32,000 nt of DNA from assembly GCF_000007145.1 (NCBI RefSeq), contig NC_003902.1, positions 4,793,426-4,825,425 on the forward strand. The letters run 5' to 3'. Positions within the stretch are counted from its first letter, which is position 1, and every line of letters starts with the position of its first letter. Shown here piece by piece: positions 12,277 to 21,806 of the stretch. A program made the translations under genes and the position numbers. The stretch is from Xanthomonas campestris pv. campestris str. ATCC 33913 (GTDB lineage: Bacteria > Pseudomonadota > Gammaproteobacteria > Xanthomonadales > Xanthomonadaceae). Under the pieces are notes generated by a model that did no database searches, was not told where the DNA came from, and was given only the letters and a program-made list of their open reading frames with translations.

Positions 12277-14938
12277 AGTCCACTCCAAGGTAATAGGCAC
12301 GGCCGTTGTCGAGCTGCTCGCGCATGAGTTGTTGCTCTGCACCGATCACGCGGGTGAGCCGCGCATTGCTGAGGTTGCGGCCCTGCAGGGTGAGCCGCAG
12401 CTGCGCACTCAGGCGCCAGGCCAGCTGCGCGTCGTAGCTGGTGATGGCGTCGTAATAGCGGTCGTTGACGCGGTTGTCGGTGGCTGCGGAAATCAGCTGC
12501 GCGCCGGTGTAGTTGGCGCTGATGCGCGCACTGAACGGGCCCACGTCGTACAACAGCGACGCGTTGGCGCTGCGCTTGGGCGATTCCATCAGCCCGGGCA
12601 AGCCGCGCTGGCTGCCATCGGCCATCTGTATCTCGGCCGTGCGCGGGTCGAGCACGGTGAGGTTGAGCATCGCGCCCAGGTTGGACCAACCGCCGGGCAG
12701 AAAATCGAAGCGGCTGTCGATGGCGGTGAATTCGATGCCCTGCACCTGCGCGGTGCCGGCATTGATCGCCTGGGTGGTGGTCACCTGGTAGGTGCCGCTC
12801 AACCCGCCGGGATCGCGCTGGGTGTCGGTGCTGGTGGTGCGCACGATCTCGTCGTCGATGCGCTTGTGGAACAGCGCCACCGACAGTTGCGAGTCGCGGT
12901 CCGGGTACCACTCCAGCGACAGATCCAGGTTGTCCGAGCGGCGCGGGCGCAATTGCGGGTTGGCGATGCTGCGGTTGATGGTGAAGCCGGTGACATCCAC
13001 CACCGGGCTGCTGTTCTGGCCGATGTCGCCATAGGTGGGCAAGCCAATCGTGCGGCTGCCGGCCATACGCAGCTTGAGTGCCTGGGTGATGTCCCAGGCG
13101 AAGTTCGCCGATGGCAGCAAGAAGCGGCGGTCGCTGTCGGCCGATTGCTGGACGTAGTTGCTGGTGCTGGTCAGCGGCTGCGGCACCGCGCTGAGCACGG
13201 TGCGCTGCAGGTATTCGTTGCGCAGGCCCAGCGTGGCCTGAGTGCGTGCGCCATGCCAGACACCCATCGCGTAGGCGGCGCCATTGCGCTCGTCGATGCG
13301 GAAATCACTGATCGCGCTGTTGCGCGCGTTGGTGTTGGCCAGCACGTAGGCGCCCGGTGCGGCAGCAGCGAATGCGGCCACCTTGCCGGGGTCGATCAGC
13401 AGCAGGCAGTTGAAATCGGCGAACGGGCAGATACGCGCGTCATCGGTACCAACAGTGGCCAGCGTCACGCGCCCGGATGGATTGCGGCGCACTTCGTCCA
13501 GGTTGTAGCGCTGTTGCAGATCGCGGTACTGCAGTCCTGTGCGCAGCCCCCAGCCTTGCGCGTCGGCATCGGCGTTCTGGCTGTAATCCAGCTTGACCGT
13601 GGTGGTGTCGGTGCTGCTCTTCTCAGTACGGGTCAGGAAGTACGACTGCGTATAGTTGGCCGGGTTGGCGTAGTACGCCGGGTCGGCCAGCGTGATGGTG
13701 GGCCGCGTGTTGCTGCCCAGCGCATAGCCAAAGCCCAGCCGCGCGGACGCGGCCGCCGCAAAGACGTCTTCGCGGGTGTCCTGCACATAGCGCCCGGTGG
13801 CGCGGTTGAGCACCAGATCCACATGGCCTTCGGGATTGAGCCGGAAGCTGCCGCCAAGCTGGGCGTAACGCAGCGTGCGGGTCTGGTCGAAACGGTTGGC
13901 ATCCACCTGCGCGCTGCCCTGCGCGAACCGGCCGCTGTCGGCATCGGTCACCGCCGCATTGCCGACGCGGTTGATCCACTGCGAACGGCGCTGCTCGTCG
14001 TTGCTGTGCTCGAACACGCCGGCGCTGAGCGCAAGTTTCAGGCTGTCGCCATCGTCGTATTCCAGCTTGCCGAACGCGCTGCGGCGCTGGCGCACGTTGT
14101 CGTAGCTGAGCGGGCGAAACCGGTCCGGCGCGATCGCCAGACCATCGGTATCCAGTGCCGGGGTGAGGTCCTGGCGCCGGCCGTTGGCGTAGTAGCTGTA
14201 ACTGTCGATGGCGGTGTTCAACGACGACGAATCGCGGCGGAAGTAGTCCGCAGACAGCACCACGCCGAAGTGATTGTCCGGCCCGAAGGTCTGGCTGAAA
14301 CTGCCTTGCACCTGCCCGGACGGCGTGCTGCCCTGCAGCTGCCGGCGGTTTTCCCAATCGGCCACATTGGCCCGCACGGTGGCGAAGCTGCCGTCGTGAT
14401 CGAAGGCACTGCGCGTGCGCAACGCGGCGATGCCGCCAATGGCATTGCTGTCCATGTCGGCGTTGAAGGTCTTGTAGATATCCACCTGCTGCGCGAGCGA
14501 GGCGGGAATGACGTCCAGCGATTGCACGCGCCGGCTGGTTTCGGTGGACGGCAGCGCCACGCCGTCGATCAGCACCGTGTTGTAGTCCGGGTTGAAGCCA
14601 CGCAGGCTCATGAACTGCGCTTCGCCGCGGCCGTTGTTGACCACCATCGACACGCCGGGCACGCGCTGCAGCGCCTCGCCCAGGCCGAAGTCCGGGATCG
14701 AGCCGATGTCATCGGCCGCCACGCCATCGGAGACCACCGCCGCCTCGCGCTTGGCGCCAATCGCCTGGCGGATGGACAGGTGCTGGCCGGAGACCTGCAC
14801 GGCATCCAGCTGCACCGGGGCGGTCTCGCCCCCGGCCGCGGCAACCACGGGTTCGGCGGCCTGCGCGCTCAGGCTGGCCGCGACACCCAGCGCCAGCAGA
14901 CTGCGACAAGGGCAAAGAAAGGTGCTGAAACGTGACAT
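12266..14938 (-). CDS. TonB-dependent outer-membrane receptor
   Basis: MSRFSTFLCPCRSLLALGVAASLSAQA is a signal peptide. The plug reads LDAVQVSG..DDIGSIPDFGLGEALQRVPGVS..RGEAQFMSLRGF. A long beta-barrel ends ..YYLGVDYAF (terminal aromatic). 890 aa from the ATG at 14938. Confidence 0.92.
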   Translation of the reverse strand: MSRFSTFLCPCRSLLALGVAASLSAQAAEPVVAAAGGETAPVQLDAVQVSGQHLSIRQAIGAKREAAVVSDGVAADDIGSIPDFGLGEALQRVPGVSMVVNNGRGEAQFMSLRGFNPDYNTVLIDGVALPSTETSRRVQSLDVIPASLAQQVDIYKTFNADMDSNAIGGIAALRTRSAFDHDGSFATVRANVADWENRRQLQGSTPSGQVQGSFSQTFGPDNHFGVVLSADYFRRDSSSLNTAIDSYSYYANGRRQDLTPALDTDGLAIAPDRFRPLSYDNVRQRRSAFGKLEYDDGDSLKLALSAGVFEHSNDEQRRSQWINRVGNAAVTDADSGRFAQGSAQVDANRFDQTRTLRYAQLGGSFRLNPEGHVDLVLNRATGRYVQDTREDVFAAAASARLGFGYALGSNTRPTITLADPAYYANPANYTQSYFLTRTEKSSTDTTTVKLDYSQNADADAQGWGLRTGLQYRDLQQRYNLDEVRRNPSGRVTLATVGTDDARICPFADFNCLLLIDPGKVAAFAAAAPGAYVLANTNARNSAISDFRIDERNGAAYAMGVWHGARTQATLGLRNEYLQRTVLSAVPQPLTSTSNYVQQSADSDRRFLLPSANFAWDITQALKLRMAGSRTIGLPTYGDIGQNSSPVVDVTGFTINRSIANPQLRPRRSDNLDLSLEWYPDRDSQLSVALFHKRIDDEIVRTTSTDTQRDPGGLSGTYQVTTTQAINAGTAQVQGIEFTAIDSRFDFLPGGWSNLGAMLNLTVLDPRTAEIQMADGSQRGLPGLMESPKRSANASLLYDVGPFSARISANYTGAQLISAATDNRVNDRYYDAITSYDAQLAWRLSAQLRLTLQGRNLSNARLTRVIGAEQQLMREQLDNGRAYYLGVDYAF

Positions 14939-14966
14939 GGCGCAACCAATGAGGGCAGAAGCTGCC

Positions 14967-14997
14967 AATTTAATAACTTACTGTGAATTAATTATTT
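14967..14997. promoter_or_regulatory. AT-rich block (4 G/C in 31 nt) in the TBDR/ROK divergent region; probable promoter/operator
   Basis: aatttaataacttactgtgaattaattattt, counted by hand. It lies 29-59 nt upstream of the TBDR ATG and 49-79 nt upstream of the ROK ATG. It is the most AT-rich stretch I saw in the window. The function is inferred from position only. Confidence 0.45.
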
Positions 14998-15045
14998 CAG
15001 CCGCAGCGGCTATGCTTGCGCGTTGCTCCCCCGCCCTGCTCGCCC

Positions 15046-16194
15046 ATGCCGTCCTCGACCGCCTTCGCCGCGCCCGCGCACCGCCAGCCCTTCGAAGGGC
15101 TGAGCCTCAATGAGCGCGACATGCTCAACCGCCTGCGCCTGGCCGGCGTGCTGACCCGCGCCGACCTGAGCCGCGGCACTGGGCTGACCGTGCAGACCGC
15201 GGTGCGGTTGATCGAAAGCCTGCAGGCGCGCGGCATGGTGCGCATGGGCGAGGGGCTGGCGCGGCCCGGCCGCGGCAAGCCGGGCATCGCCGTGTCGTTG
15301 CGCCCCGGCCACGGGCACACGCTTGGGGTCTCGATTGCCACCGACGCGCTGACCCTGGCGCTGATGGACTTCGCCGGGCAGGTGCTCGGCGTGCAGGAGC
15401 TGCCGCTCACCGATCCCAGCGCCGCCGGCGTGCTGGCGCAGCTGCAGGCCGGCGATGCTGCGCTGCTGGCCAGCCTGCCGCACGCGCCCGGCCCGCGCCT
15501 GGGCATCGGCGTGGCGATGACCGGGTTTTTCACCGGCCAGGACGGGCGCATCAATCCGCCCGACCCGCTGCGTGCGCTGGGCGAGTTCGCCCTCTGCCCG
15601 TGGCTGGCGGAGGCCTGCGCGCAGCCGGTGTGGATGGACAACGACGGCAGCGTGGCCGCCGCCGGCGAGGCGATGCTCGGAGTAGGCCGGCGTCATCGCG
15701 ACTTCGCCTATCTGTATCTGAGCTACGGCCTGGGCGGCGGCCTGGTGATCGATGGCAAGGTGCTACGCGGCGCGCGCGGCAACGCCGGTGAATTCGCCGG
15801 CATGTTGCCCGCGCAGCGGCTGGAACGCGCCACCCTGGAATTGCTGCGCGAGCTACTGGCCGAAGACGGCGTGGAGCTGCCGGATATCCGCGCGCTACTG
15901 GCCGCCTACGACCCGCGCTGGCCGGCAATCGAACGCTGGCTGGCGCGCAGTGCCCCGGGTGTGTCGCTGATCGTCTCGGCCATCACCGCGGTCTGCGACC
16001 CGGAGGCCATCGTTTTCGGCGGCCGCCTGCCTGCGGATCTGGCACACCGCCTGATTGCCGCGGTCCGCATCGACAACCAGCCACGCCGCGGGCAGGCGCG
16101 CCCGATCCCACTGCTGCTGCCGGCCGAAGCACCGGCCGATGCCTGTGCGATTGGCGCGGCGACATTGCCGTTGCAGGCGCGCTATTTCGGTTGA
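15046..16194 (+). CDS. ROK-family transcriptional regulator (N-terminal winged HTH plus ROK sugar-kinase-like domain)
   Basis: The HTH reads LTRADLSRGTGLTVQTAVRLIESLQARGMV. ROK core motifs are MDNDGSVAAAGE and YGLGGGLVIDGKVLRGARGNAGEFAG. The start is ambiguous: ATG at 15046 or TTG at 15016. Confidence 0.85.
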   Translation: MPSSTAFAAPAHRQPFEGLSLNERDMLNRLRLAGVLTRADLSRGTGLTVQTAVRLIESLQARGMVRMGEGLARPGRGKPGIAVSLRPGHGHTLGVSIATDALTLALMDFAGQVLGVQELPLTDPSAAGVLAQLQAGDAALLASLPHAPGPRLGIGVAMTGFFTGQDGRINPPDPLRALGEFALCPWLAEACAQPVWMDNDGSVAAAGEAMLGVGRRHRDFAYLYLSYGLGGGLVIDGKVLRGARGNAGEFAGMLPAQRLERATLELLRELLAEDGVELPDIRALLAAYDPRWPAIERWLARSAPGVSLIVSAITAVCDPEAIVFGGRLPADLAHRLIAAVRIDNQPRRGQARPIPLLLPAEAPADACAIGAATLPLQARYFG

Positions 16195-16994
16195 GCCATT
16201 GCACCGCGGTTAGGTGCGTCATCGGCTGCACGACGACAGCAGGCATCGAAGATCTCCCACGCCAGGGTGCGTGCCTGCGCGCCCTGCTGTTCGCTCAAAC
16301 CGTCGAGCAGTTCCTCCTCGCCTTGCAACGCTGTGGAAGCATCGTGCGATGACCCCGCAGGTTGGCGCGCGGCCAGGCGCCAGGCCGCGGCATACACCGG
16401 GTCAGGCGCACGCAGCAGTGGTGATGCCACCACCTGCGCCAGGCTCTCGATGGCATCGGGCTGCCCCTGCAGCGCCAGCAACTCCAGCGCGCTGACGATC
16501 GAGGCCATCTCTCGTTCGTCATTGGGCGCCAGCCGTGCCTGCTGGCCGGCGGGTGTCGCGGCGGCAGTGGCTTGCATCACCTGCGCGGCACGTTGCGCCA
16601 ACAGATAGCGCTGCGCGGCCAGGTCGCCACGCGCTGCCGCCGTACGCAGCAGCGCGTCGACCTGTTCTGGCGGCATCGCCGTGCACAGCGCCTGTGCAGG
16701 CTGCGCGGTTGCGCCACGGGCGATCTGCGCCGTGCGTTGCTGCAGCCGCTCGGTGCAGGCAAGCGCCTGCATCGCAGTGTCGAACAGGTCGCCTGATGTT
16801 GCGTGTCGAACGGGCGCACGAGCGGCGACCTTCACCGCCGCTGGTACGGCCACGACGGCTGCAGCACGGCCCGCGGAGTTCGCCGCACCGTGCATGCACC
16901 ACGCCACCACCAGCGCGGCGACTGCCAACACGGCCGCCAACACCCAGCGTGATCTGCCGACGGCAGCGCGCGCACCGGGGACGGACATCTCCAT
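16182..16994 (-). CDS. Hypothetical membrane-anchored Ala-rich protein (possibly degenerate Sel1/TPR-like repeats)
   Basis: 270 aa starting 12 nt after the parvulin stop, with agga upstream. The N-terminal TM segment is RWVLAAVLAVAALVVAW. Helical segments such as AAARGDLAAQRYLLAQ and LALQGQPDAIESLAQV follow. The 3' end overlaps the convergent ROK gene by 13 nt. Confidence 0.55.
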   Translation of the reverse strand: MEMSVPGARAAVGRSRWVLAAVLAVAALVVAWCMHGAANSAGRAAAVVAVPAAVKVAARAPVRHATSGDLFDTAMQALACTERLQQRTAQIARGATAQPAQALCTAMPPEQVDALLRTAAARGDLAAQRYLLAQRAAQVMQATAAATPAGQQARLAPNDEREMASIVSALELLALQGQPDAIESLAQVVASPLLRAPDPVYAAAWRLAARQPAGSSHDASTALQGEEELLDGLSEQQGAQARTLAWEIFDACCRRAADDAPNRGAMAQPK

Positions 16995-17006
16995 CGGTTC
17001 CTGCCT

Positions 17007-17891
17007 TTAGCGCAGCGCCGCTTCCAACGCGGCATGATCGAACTGCAACGGGTTGGCCTGCCGCAGTCGCTCCAGCGCGGCCGTCGCCGCCTGCTCACGC
17101 AACTGCACCTCGATCTGCCCGCGTGCAGTCTCCAGCGTGGCGGGGATGCGCGCGTCCACACGGATCAGGTGATAGCCCTCTGGCCCACGCACCGGTGCCG
17201 ATACGTCGCCCACGCCCAGCGCCTGGACCGGGGCAGCGAAGACATCGGCCACGTTGCGCAGGAAGATCGACGACAGCTCGCCGCCCTCTGCGGCCGTGCT
17301 GCCATCGTCGGATTCGCGCTTGGCCACTTCCTCGAACGGCGTGCCGCTGTCCAGCTGACGCTTGAGCTGCTGTGCACGGGCCAATGCCTGCGCATCGCTC
17401 AGCGGCGCCCCACGGCGGGCATCGCCTTGCGGCTGCAGCGCCACGAACACATGGCTCAAGCGGACTTCGTCATAGTCGTGCGGGTGCGCGTTGAATTGCG
17501 CCTGCACTTGCGCTGCATCGATGTGGGCCGTGGTGCGGGCGCGCCGCTGCATCGCGTCGGCAAGGATGGCGTCAGTGGCCTGGCGGAGCTGCACAGCGAC
17601 CACCGGGTCGTCTTGCAGGTGCACCTGACGTGCCTGATCCAGCAGCAGCCGCCTGTCGGCAAACGCGCGGACAAATGCCGGGTCAGCCGCACCGGCCGGG
17701 TTGGCGCCCCGCGGCAGATCAGCCAGCGCAAGCGCGCGATATTCCGGTGCAGTAAACGCCTGCTTGCCGATCTGTAACACCGTGGTGACGCTGTGGGATA
17801 CGCCGGAATCGGCGGTGGCGGCCTGCGCCGACGGCACGCCAGCAATCAGACCCAGCGCAAGCGCGCCGGACAAACAAAGGGACTGCAACAT
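17007..17891 (-). CDS. Periplasmic peptidyl-prolyl cis-trans isomerase, parvulin (PpiC/SurA-like) family
   Basis: MLQSLCLSGALALGLIAGVPSAQA is a signal peptide. The parvulin domain reads VRLSHVFV..AQQLKRQLDSGTPFEEVAKRESDD..GGELS..VSAPVRGPEGYHLIRV. The ATG at 17891 was chosen over the 322-aa extension. Confidence 0.8.
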   Translation of the reverse strand: MLQSLCLSGALALGLIAGVPSAQAATADSGVSHSVTTVLQIGKQAFTAPEYRALALADLPRGANPAGAADPAFVRAFADRRLLLDQARQVHLQDDPVVAVQLRQATDAILADAMQRRARTTAHIDAAQVQAQFNAHPHDYDEVRLSHVFVALQPQGDARRGAPLSDAQALARAQQLKRQLDSGTPFEEVAKRESDDGSTAAEGGELSSIFLRNVADVFAAPVQALGVGDVSAPVRGPEGYHLIRVDARIPATLETARGQIEVQLREQAATAALERLRQANPLQFDHAALEAALR

Positions 17892-17978
17892 GCAAGAGAT
17901 CTCCGTGATGACAGGCCCCGACGACGGGCGATGCCGGCGTCGGGGCCACTGGCCCGCATGGGCCGGGAAAGGCACCAG

Positions 17979-19076
17979 TTAGTCGTGCTTGTGGGCTGCC
18001 TGCAGATACCGGATCGCGGCCTTCGGATCATCAGTGGTGATCAGGCCGAAGGCCTGGCTGTGGACGATGTAGTCCAGATTGCCGCGGTTGTCTGCGGTAT
18101 CGCGGCCACCGGAATAGGAGAAATACAGATCCGACAGGGCGTAGCAGCAGGCGCCGCTGTTCTGATAGAACTTGCCGGCAGACGGGCCGTCCGGAATCGC
18201 CTGGAACACGCCGACACGATAACCACGCTCGCGGATGAAATCGGCATCGCTCTGCAGCAAGCCACGGAGTTGCTTGACGTTGATCTCCATCGTCTGGTTA
18301 CCCGCACTCATCCATGCCGAGATCGTCTGGCGCACATTGATCTTGCCCAGCATGTTGGTCGTGAACACTGGAATGCCGACCATGCCGCTGCCATCTGCAC
18401 GGTAGGCATCGCGACTGGTATACAGCGTCGCATTGACCTTGGCGGCGACGTAGCTTGCGGATGCCACGCCGAACTGGCTCTCGGCGGCCTTGCGCACCGC
18501 GCGTACCGTGGCCGCATCCTTGATGTCGAACACCATCGGGGTACGCAAGTTGTGCTGCTTGTAATAGGCGAACAGCTCATCCACGCGCGGCACGTGATAG
18601 CCAGTGGCGGTGCGGCGGTCCGGAGTCAGCAGGAATAACTGGCTGACCTCCGACCATGGGGTGACCAGAATGGATGGATTGACGCCCTGGTTGGTGATCG
18701 GGTCGTACTTCACCCCCGGATGGTGCTGCCACACAGTGGTGGTGCGGCCCAGGTTGTAGTCATGCAGCAGCACCGGCACGCCGTCACTGGTGAGCTTGAC
18801 GTCAAGCTCCACGCCGTCCATGCATTGGTCGTTGGCAGTCTGCAGTGAGCCGCGCGAGTTTTCCGGCATGTCGGGGATACCGGCGTATTTGCCCCATAGG
18901 CCACGGTGCGCCAGCACAACGGTATTGGAGGAGTTGAACAGGATGCGTTGCATTTTGAGGCTAGAGCTGTCGCTGCAGGCGGCCAGCGCCAGCTGCGGCA
19001 GTGCAGTCAGCACGGCCAGTGCGCCGAGCAGGCGGCAGGCGCGGGCCAGCGGATGTGGAGCAAGGATGGTAGACAT
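17979..19076 (-). CDS. Glycerophosphodiester phosphodiesterase (GDPD) family lipoprotein
   Basis: MSTILAPHPLARACRLLGALAVLTALPQLALAAC carries the lipobox LAAC. GDPD motifs are VLAHRGLWG..PENS and GVELDVKLTSDGVPVLLHD. 365 aa from the ATG at 19076. Confidence 0.8.
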   Translation of the reverse strand: MSTILAPHPLARACRLLGALAVLTALPQLALAACSDSSSLKMQRILFNSSNTVVLAHRGLWGKYAGIPDMPENSRGSLQTANDQCMDGVELDVKLTSDGVPVLLHDYNLGRTTTVWQHHPGVKYDPITNQGVNPSILVTPWSEVSQLFLLTPDRRTATGYHVPRVDELFAYYKQHNLRTPMVFDIKDAATVRAVRKAAESQFGVASASYVAAKVNATLYTSRDAYRADGSGMVGIPVFTTNMLGKINVRQTISAWMSAGNQTMEINVKQLRGLLQSDADFIRERGYRVGVFQAIPDGPSAGKFYQNSGACCYALSDLYFSYSGGRDTADNRGNLDYIVHSQAFGLITTDDPKAAIRYLQAAHKHD

Positions 19077-19638
19077 GGTCTCTGTGTCCCGGTTCGTAGG
19101 TGCAGGAAGGGCAAGGGATGGACGAGAGCCGATGGGTCGACGCAATCGGCGAACTCGCTTGCAGCGCACTCGCCAGCCGGTGGATACCGGGGAGAGGCCA
19201 AGCCGGGCGTGATCAGCGTTCGGCTTGCGGGCCAATTTAGTCACTCTCGATGACTTAATTTCTTCGCTGGTGTTGCCGTTTTCTACGACCACGCAGCAGT
19301 GGCGCGAAAAACGAAGTAGATGACGGCATCACCCGAATCGGCGCGAGATGAGGCGACGCCTGACCGCATGCAGATGCGTGCACATCGGGCATCGCGCGCC
19401 GACGTCGACGGTCAGGGGTGTGGTGGTCAGGATCGGGACTTTCGGCCTTCGATCCGCGACAGTCGTCAGATACGTGCATCGCGTGCGCGCTGCGCAGACG
19501 GTCGGCTTCTGGAGAAGGGTTCGGCTGCGCCTTTGCACAGCGCAGCCGCCGGTGGACGCGCAGGCGCTCATGAACCCATCGGCGCGAGGTATCGCAATAC
19601 GCCGGTAGCGTCGGTCGCTCTCATCTGCCCCAAACGCA

Positions 19639-19663
19639 AGACGCCGGCACAAGGCCGGCGTCT
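19639..19663 (-). terminator. Probable rho-independent terminator of actP
   Basis: A 10-bp stem agacgccggc / gccggcgtct with a 5-nt loop lies 29 nt downstream of the actP stop. On the minus strand it is followed by tgcgtttgggg, a weak T tract. Confidence 0.5.
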
Positions 19664-19691
19664 GCGTGACAGCACTCAGTGATGTGGTGGA

Positions 19692-21419
19692 TCAGTGACC
19701 GGAGGCGCCGGACGCACCCAGGCCGGTTTCGGCACGGATCTGCTGTGCCTTGAACGCGGCGCGTTCGTTGGCCGCCTGCGGGCTGCGGTCCAGCACCGAG
19801 AACAGCCAGATACCGACGAAACCAATCGTCATCGAGAACAGCGCCGGCGAGGTGTACGGGAACGGCGCCGAACCGGCCGCGTTACCCAGCGTGTCCACCC
19901 ACACCGACGGCGACAGCACCGTGAGCACCAGCGAGGAGATCAGGCCCAGGAAGCCGCCGACCACCGCACCACGCGTGGTGCAGTTCTTCGACAACAAGGA
20001 CAGGATCAGCACCGGGAAGTTGGCCGAGGCGGCGATGGCGAAGGCCAGCGACACCATGAAGGCCACGTTCTGCTTCTCGAACACGATGCCCAGCAGCACG
20101 GCGATCACGCCCAGCACCAGGGTGGTGGCACGCGAGACCTTCAGCTCCGAACCCGGCGCCGGGTTGCCCTTCTTGATCACCGTGGCGTACAGGTCATGCG
20201 ACACCGCCGAGGCGCCGGACAGGGTCAGGCCTGCGACCACCGCCAGGATGGTGGCAAAGGCTACCGCCGAGATGAAGCCCATGAACACGTTGCCGCCTAC
20301 GGCGTTACCGACCAGCACCGCCGCCATGTTGGCCGCGCCCTTGCCGCCGTGGATGGTGCCGGTGGCGACATCGGCGAACTGCGGGTTGGTCAGCACCAGC
20401 GCGATCGCACCGAAGCCGATGATGAAGATCAGGATGTAGAAGTAGCCGATCCAGGTGGTGGCCCACAGCACCGACTTGCGTGCCTGCTTGGCATCGGGAA
20501 CGGTGAAGAAGCGCATCAGGATGTGCGGCAGCCCGGCGGTACCGAACATCAGCGCCATACCGAAGGAGATCGCCGAGATCGGGTCCTTCACAAAGCCGCC
20601 CGGCCCCATGATCGACAGGCCCGCCTTGGCTGCATCCTCAGGCGATGCACCGCCATTGGCCGCAATCGCGGTCTTCACCCGCACGCCCTCGGCAAACAGC
20701 GCCTCGAAGCTGAAGTTGAAGTGCCACATGATCGCCACGGCCATGAAGGTCACGCCGGTCAGCAGCAGCACCGCCTTGATGATCTGCACCCAGGTGGTGG
20801 CGGTCATGCCGCCGAACAGCACGTAGACCATCATCAGCACGCCGACCAGGGTGACCGCCACCCAGTAGTCCAGGCCAAACAGCAACTTGATCAACGCACC
20901 GGCGCCGACCATCTGTGCAATCAGATAGAACAGCACCACCACCAGCGTGCCCGATGCGGCAAAGCTGCGGATGGCGGTCGGCGCGAAGCGGTAGCCGGCC
21001 ACGTCGGCAAAGGTGTACTTGCCGAGGTTGCGCAGCCGTTCGGCCATCAGGAAGGTCAGGATGGGCCAGCCGACCAGAAAGCCGATCGCGTAGATCAGGC
21101 CGTCGTAGCCGTTGGCCATCACCGCCGCGGTAATGCCCAGGAACGAGGCAGCCGACATGAAGTCGCCGGCGATCGCCAGGCCGTTCTGAAACCCGGTGAT
21201 GCCGCCGCCGGCGGTGTAGAAGTCAGCCGCCGACTTGGTCTTGGCGGCCGCCCATTTGGTGATCCACAAGGTGCCCAGCACGAAGAAGCCGAACATGCCG
21301 ATCGCCACCCAGTTGGTGGGTTGCTTGTCGACCTGGCCCATGTCGCCGCCGGCGGCCAGCGCGAGGCCGGCCGGCAGCAGGCCGGCCAAAATCAGGAGAA
21401 GGCGCGAAGTCTTGCTCAT
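19692..21419 (-). CDS. actP: Cation/acetate symporter ActP (SSS family)
   Basis: 575 aa, multi-TM, with ..[48 protein letters not shown]... The start overlaps the yjcH-like stop (ATGA). Confidence 0.93.
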   Translation of the reverse strand: MSKTSRLLLILAGLLPAGLALAAGGDMGQVDKQPTNWVAIGMFGFFVLGTLWITKWAAAKTKSAADFYTAGGGITGFQNGLAIAGDFMSAASFLGITAAVMANGYDGLIYAIGFLVGWPILTFLMAERLRNLGKYTFADVAGYRFAPTAIRSFAASGTLVVVLFYLIAQMVGAGALIKLLFGLDYWVAVTLVGVLMMVYVLFGGMTATTWVQIIKAVLLLTGVTFMAVAIMWHFNFSFEALFAEGVRVKTAIAANGGASPEDAAKAGLSIMGPGGFVKDPISAISFGMALMFGTAGLPHILMRFFTVPDAKQARKSVLWATTWIGYFYILIFIIGFGAIALVLTNPQFADVATGTIHGGKGAANMAAVLVGNAVGGNVFMGFISAVAFATILAVVAGLTLSGASAVSHDLYATVIKKGNPAPGSELKVSRATTLVLGVIAVLLGIVFEKQNVAFMVSLAFAIAASANFPVLILSLLSKNCTTRGAVVGGFLGLISSLVLTVLSPSVWVDTLGNAAGSAPFPYTSPALFSMTIGFVGIWLFSVLDRSPQAANERAAFKAQQIRAETGLGASGASGH

Positions 21420-21733
21420 TTGCGGGCTTCCTCCAGGATCTGCGCGGTCAGCTGGTCGTAGGTGTTGTTGGCACGACGCACGTAGATGGCGGTGATGATG
21501 ATGGTGAACACCATCACCCCGATCGCGATCGGGATGCCGACGGAGGTCACGCCGTCGCCGATGGGCTTGGCCAGGAACGCCTTGTCGAAGGCGATCAACC
21601 CGATGTAGCCGTAGTAGGCCAGCAACATCAGCGCAGTGAGGGTCCAGCCCAGCGTGTTGCGCTGGCGCTTGAGGGCGTGGTACTTCGGATTGGCATCGAT
21701 CTTGGCGATCAGTGCGTCATTCGAGACGGTCAT
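21416..21733 (-). CDS. yjcH: DUF485 (YjcH-like) inner-membrane protein
   Basis: [49 protein letters not shown].. (105 aa, two TM segments). It has the canonical position immediately upstream of actP, with a 4-nt overlap. Confidence 0.85.
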   Translation of the reverse strand: MTVSNDALIAKIDANPKYHALKRQRNTLGWTLTALMLLAYYGYIGLIAFDKAFLAKPIGDGVTSVGIPIAIGVMVFTIIITAIYVRRANNTYDQLTAQILEEARK

Positions 21734-21806
21734 GGTCAGTCTCCAGTGCTGCAGGGGCGGTACGGCCCCCACCACCGCGGTGGCAGGGGCAACCGATGGG
21801 TGAAAC

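Noticed and set aside
11819-14935. 1038-aa ORF on the + strand
   Set aside because: It is antisense to the clearly recognisable TonB-dependent receptor and phosphodiester glycosidase. Its composition is dominated by Ala/Gly/Arg/Val with no motifs.
19695-21461. 588-aa + strand ORF, plus the analogous long antisense ORFs 23396..25240 (-), 26519..27778 (+), 17793..18638 (+), 21990..23360 (+), 4992..5966 (+) and 1688..3172 (-)
   Set aside because: Each is the mirror frame of a confidently identified gene (actP, acs, DUF4424, GDPD, porin, xthA, phoD). Each shows the Arg/His/Gly/Asp-rich composition typical of antisense frames in GC-rich DNA.
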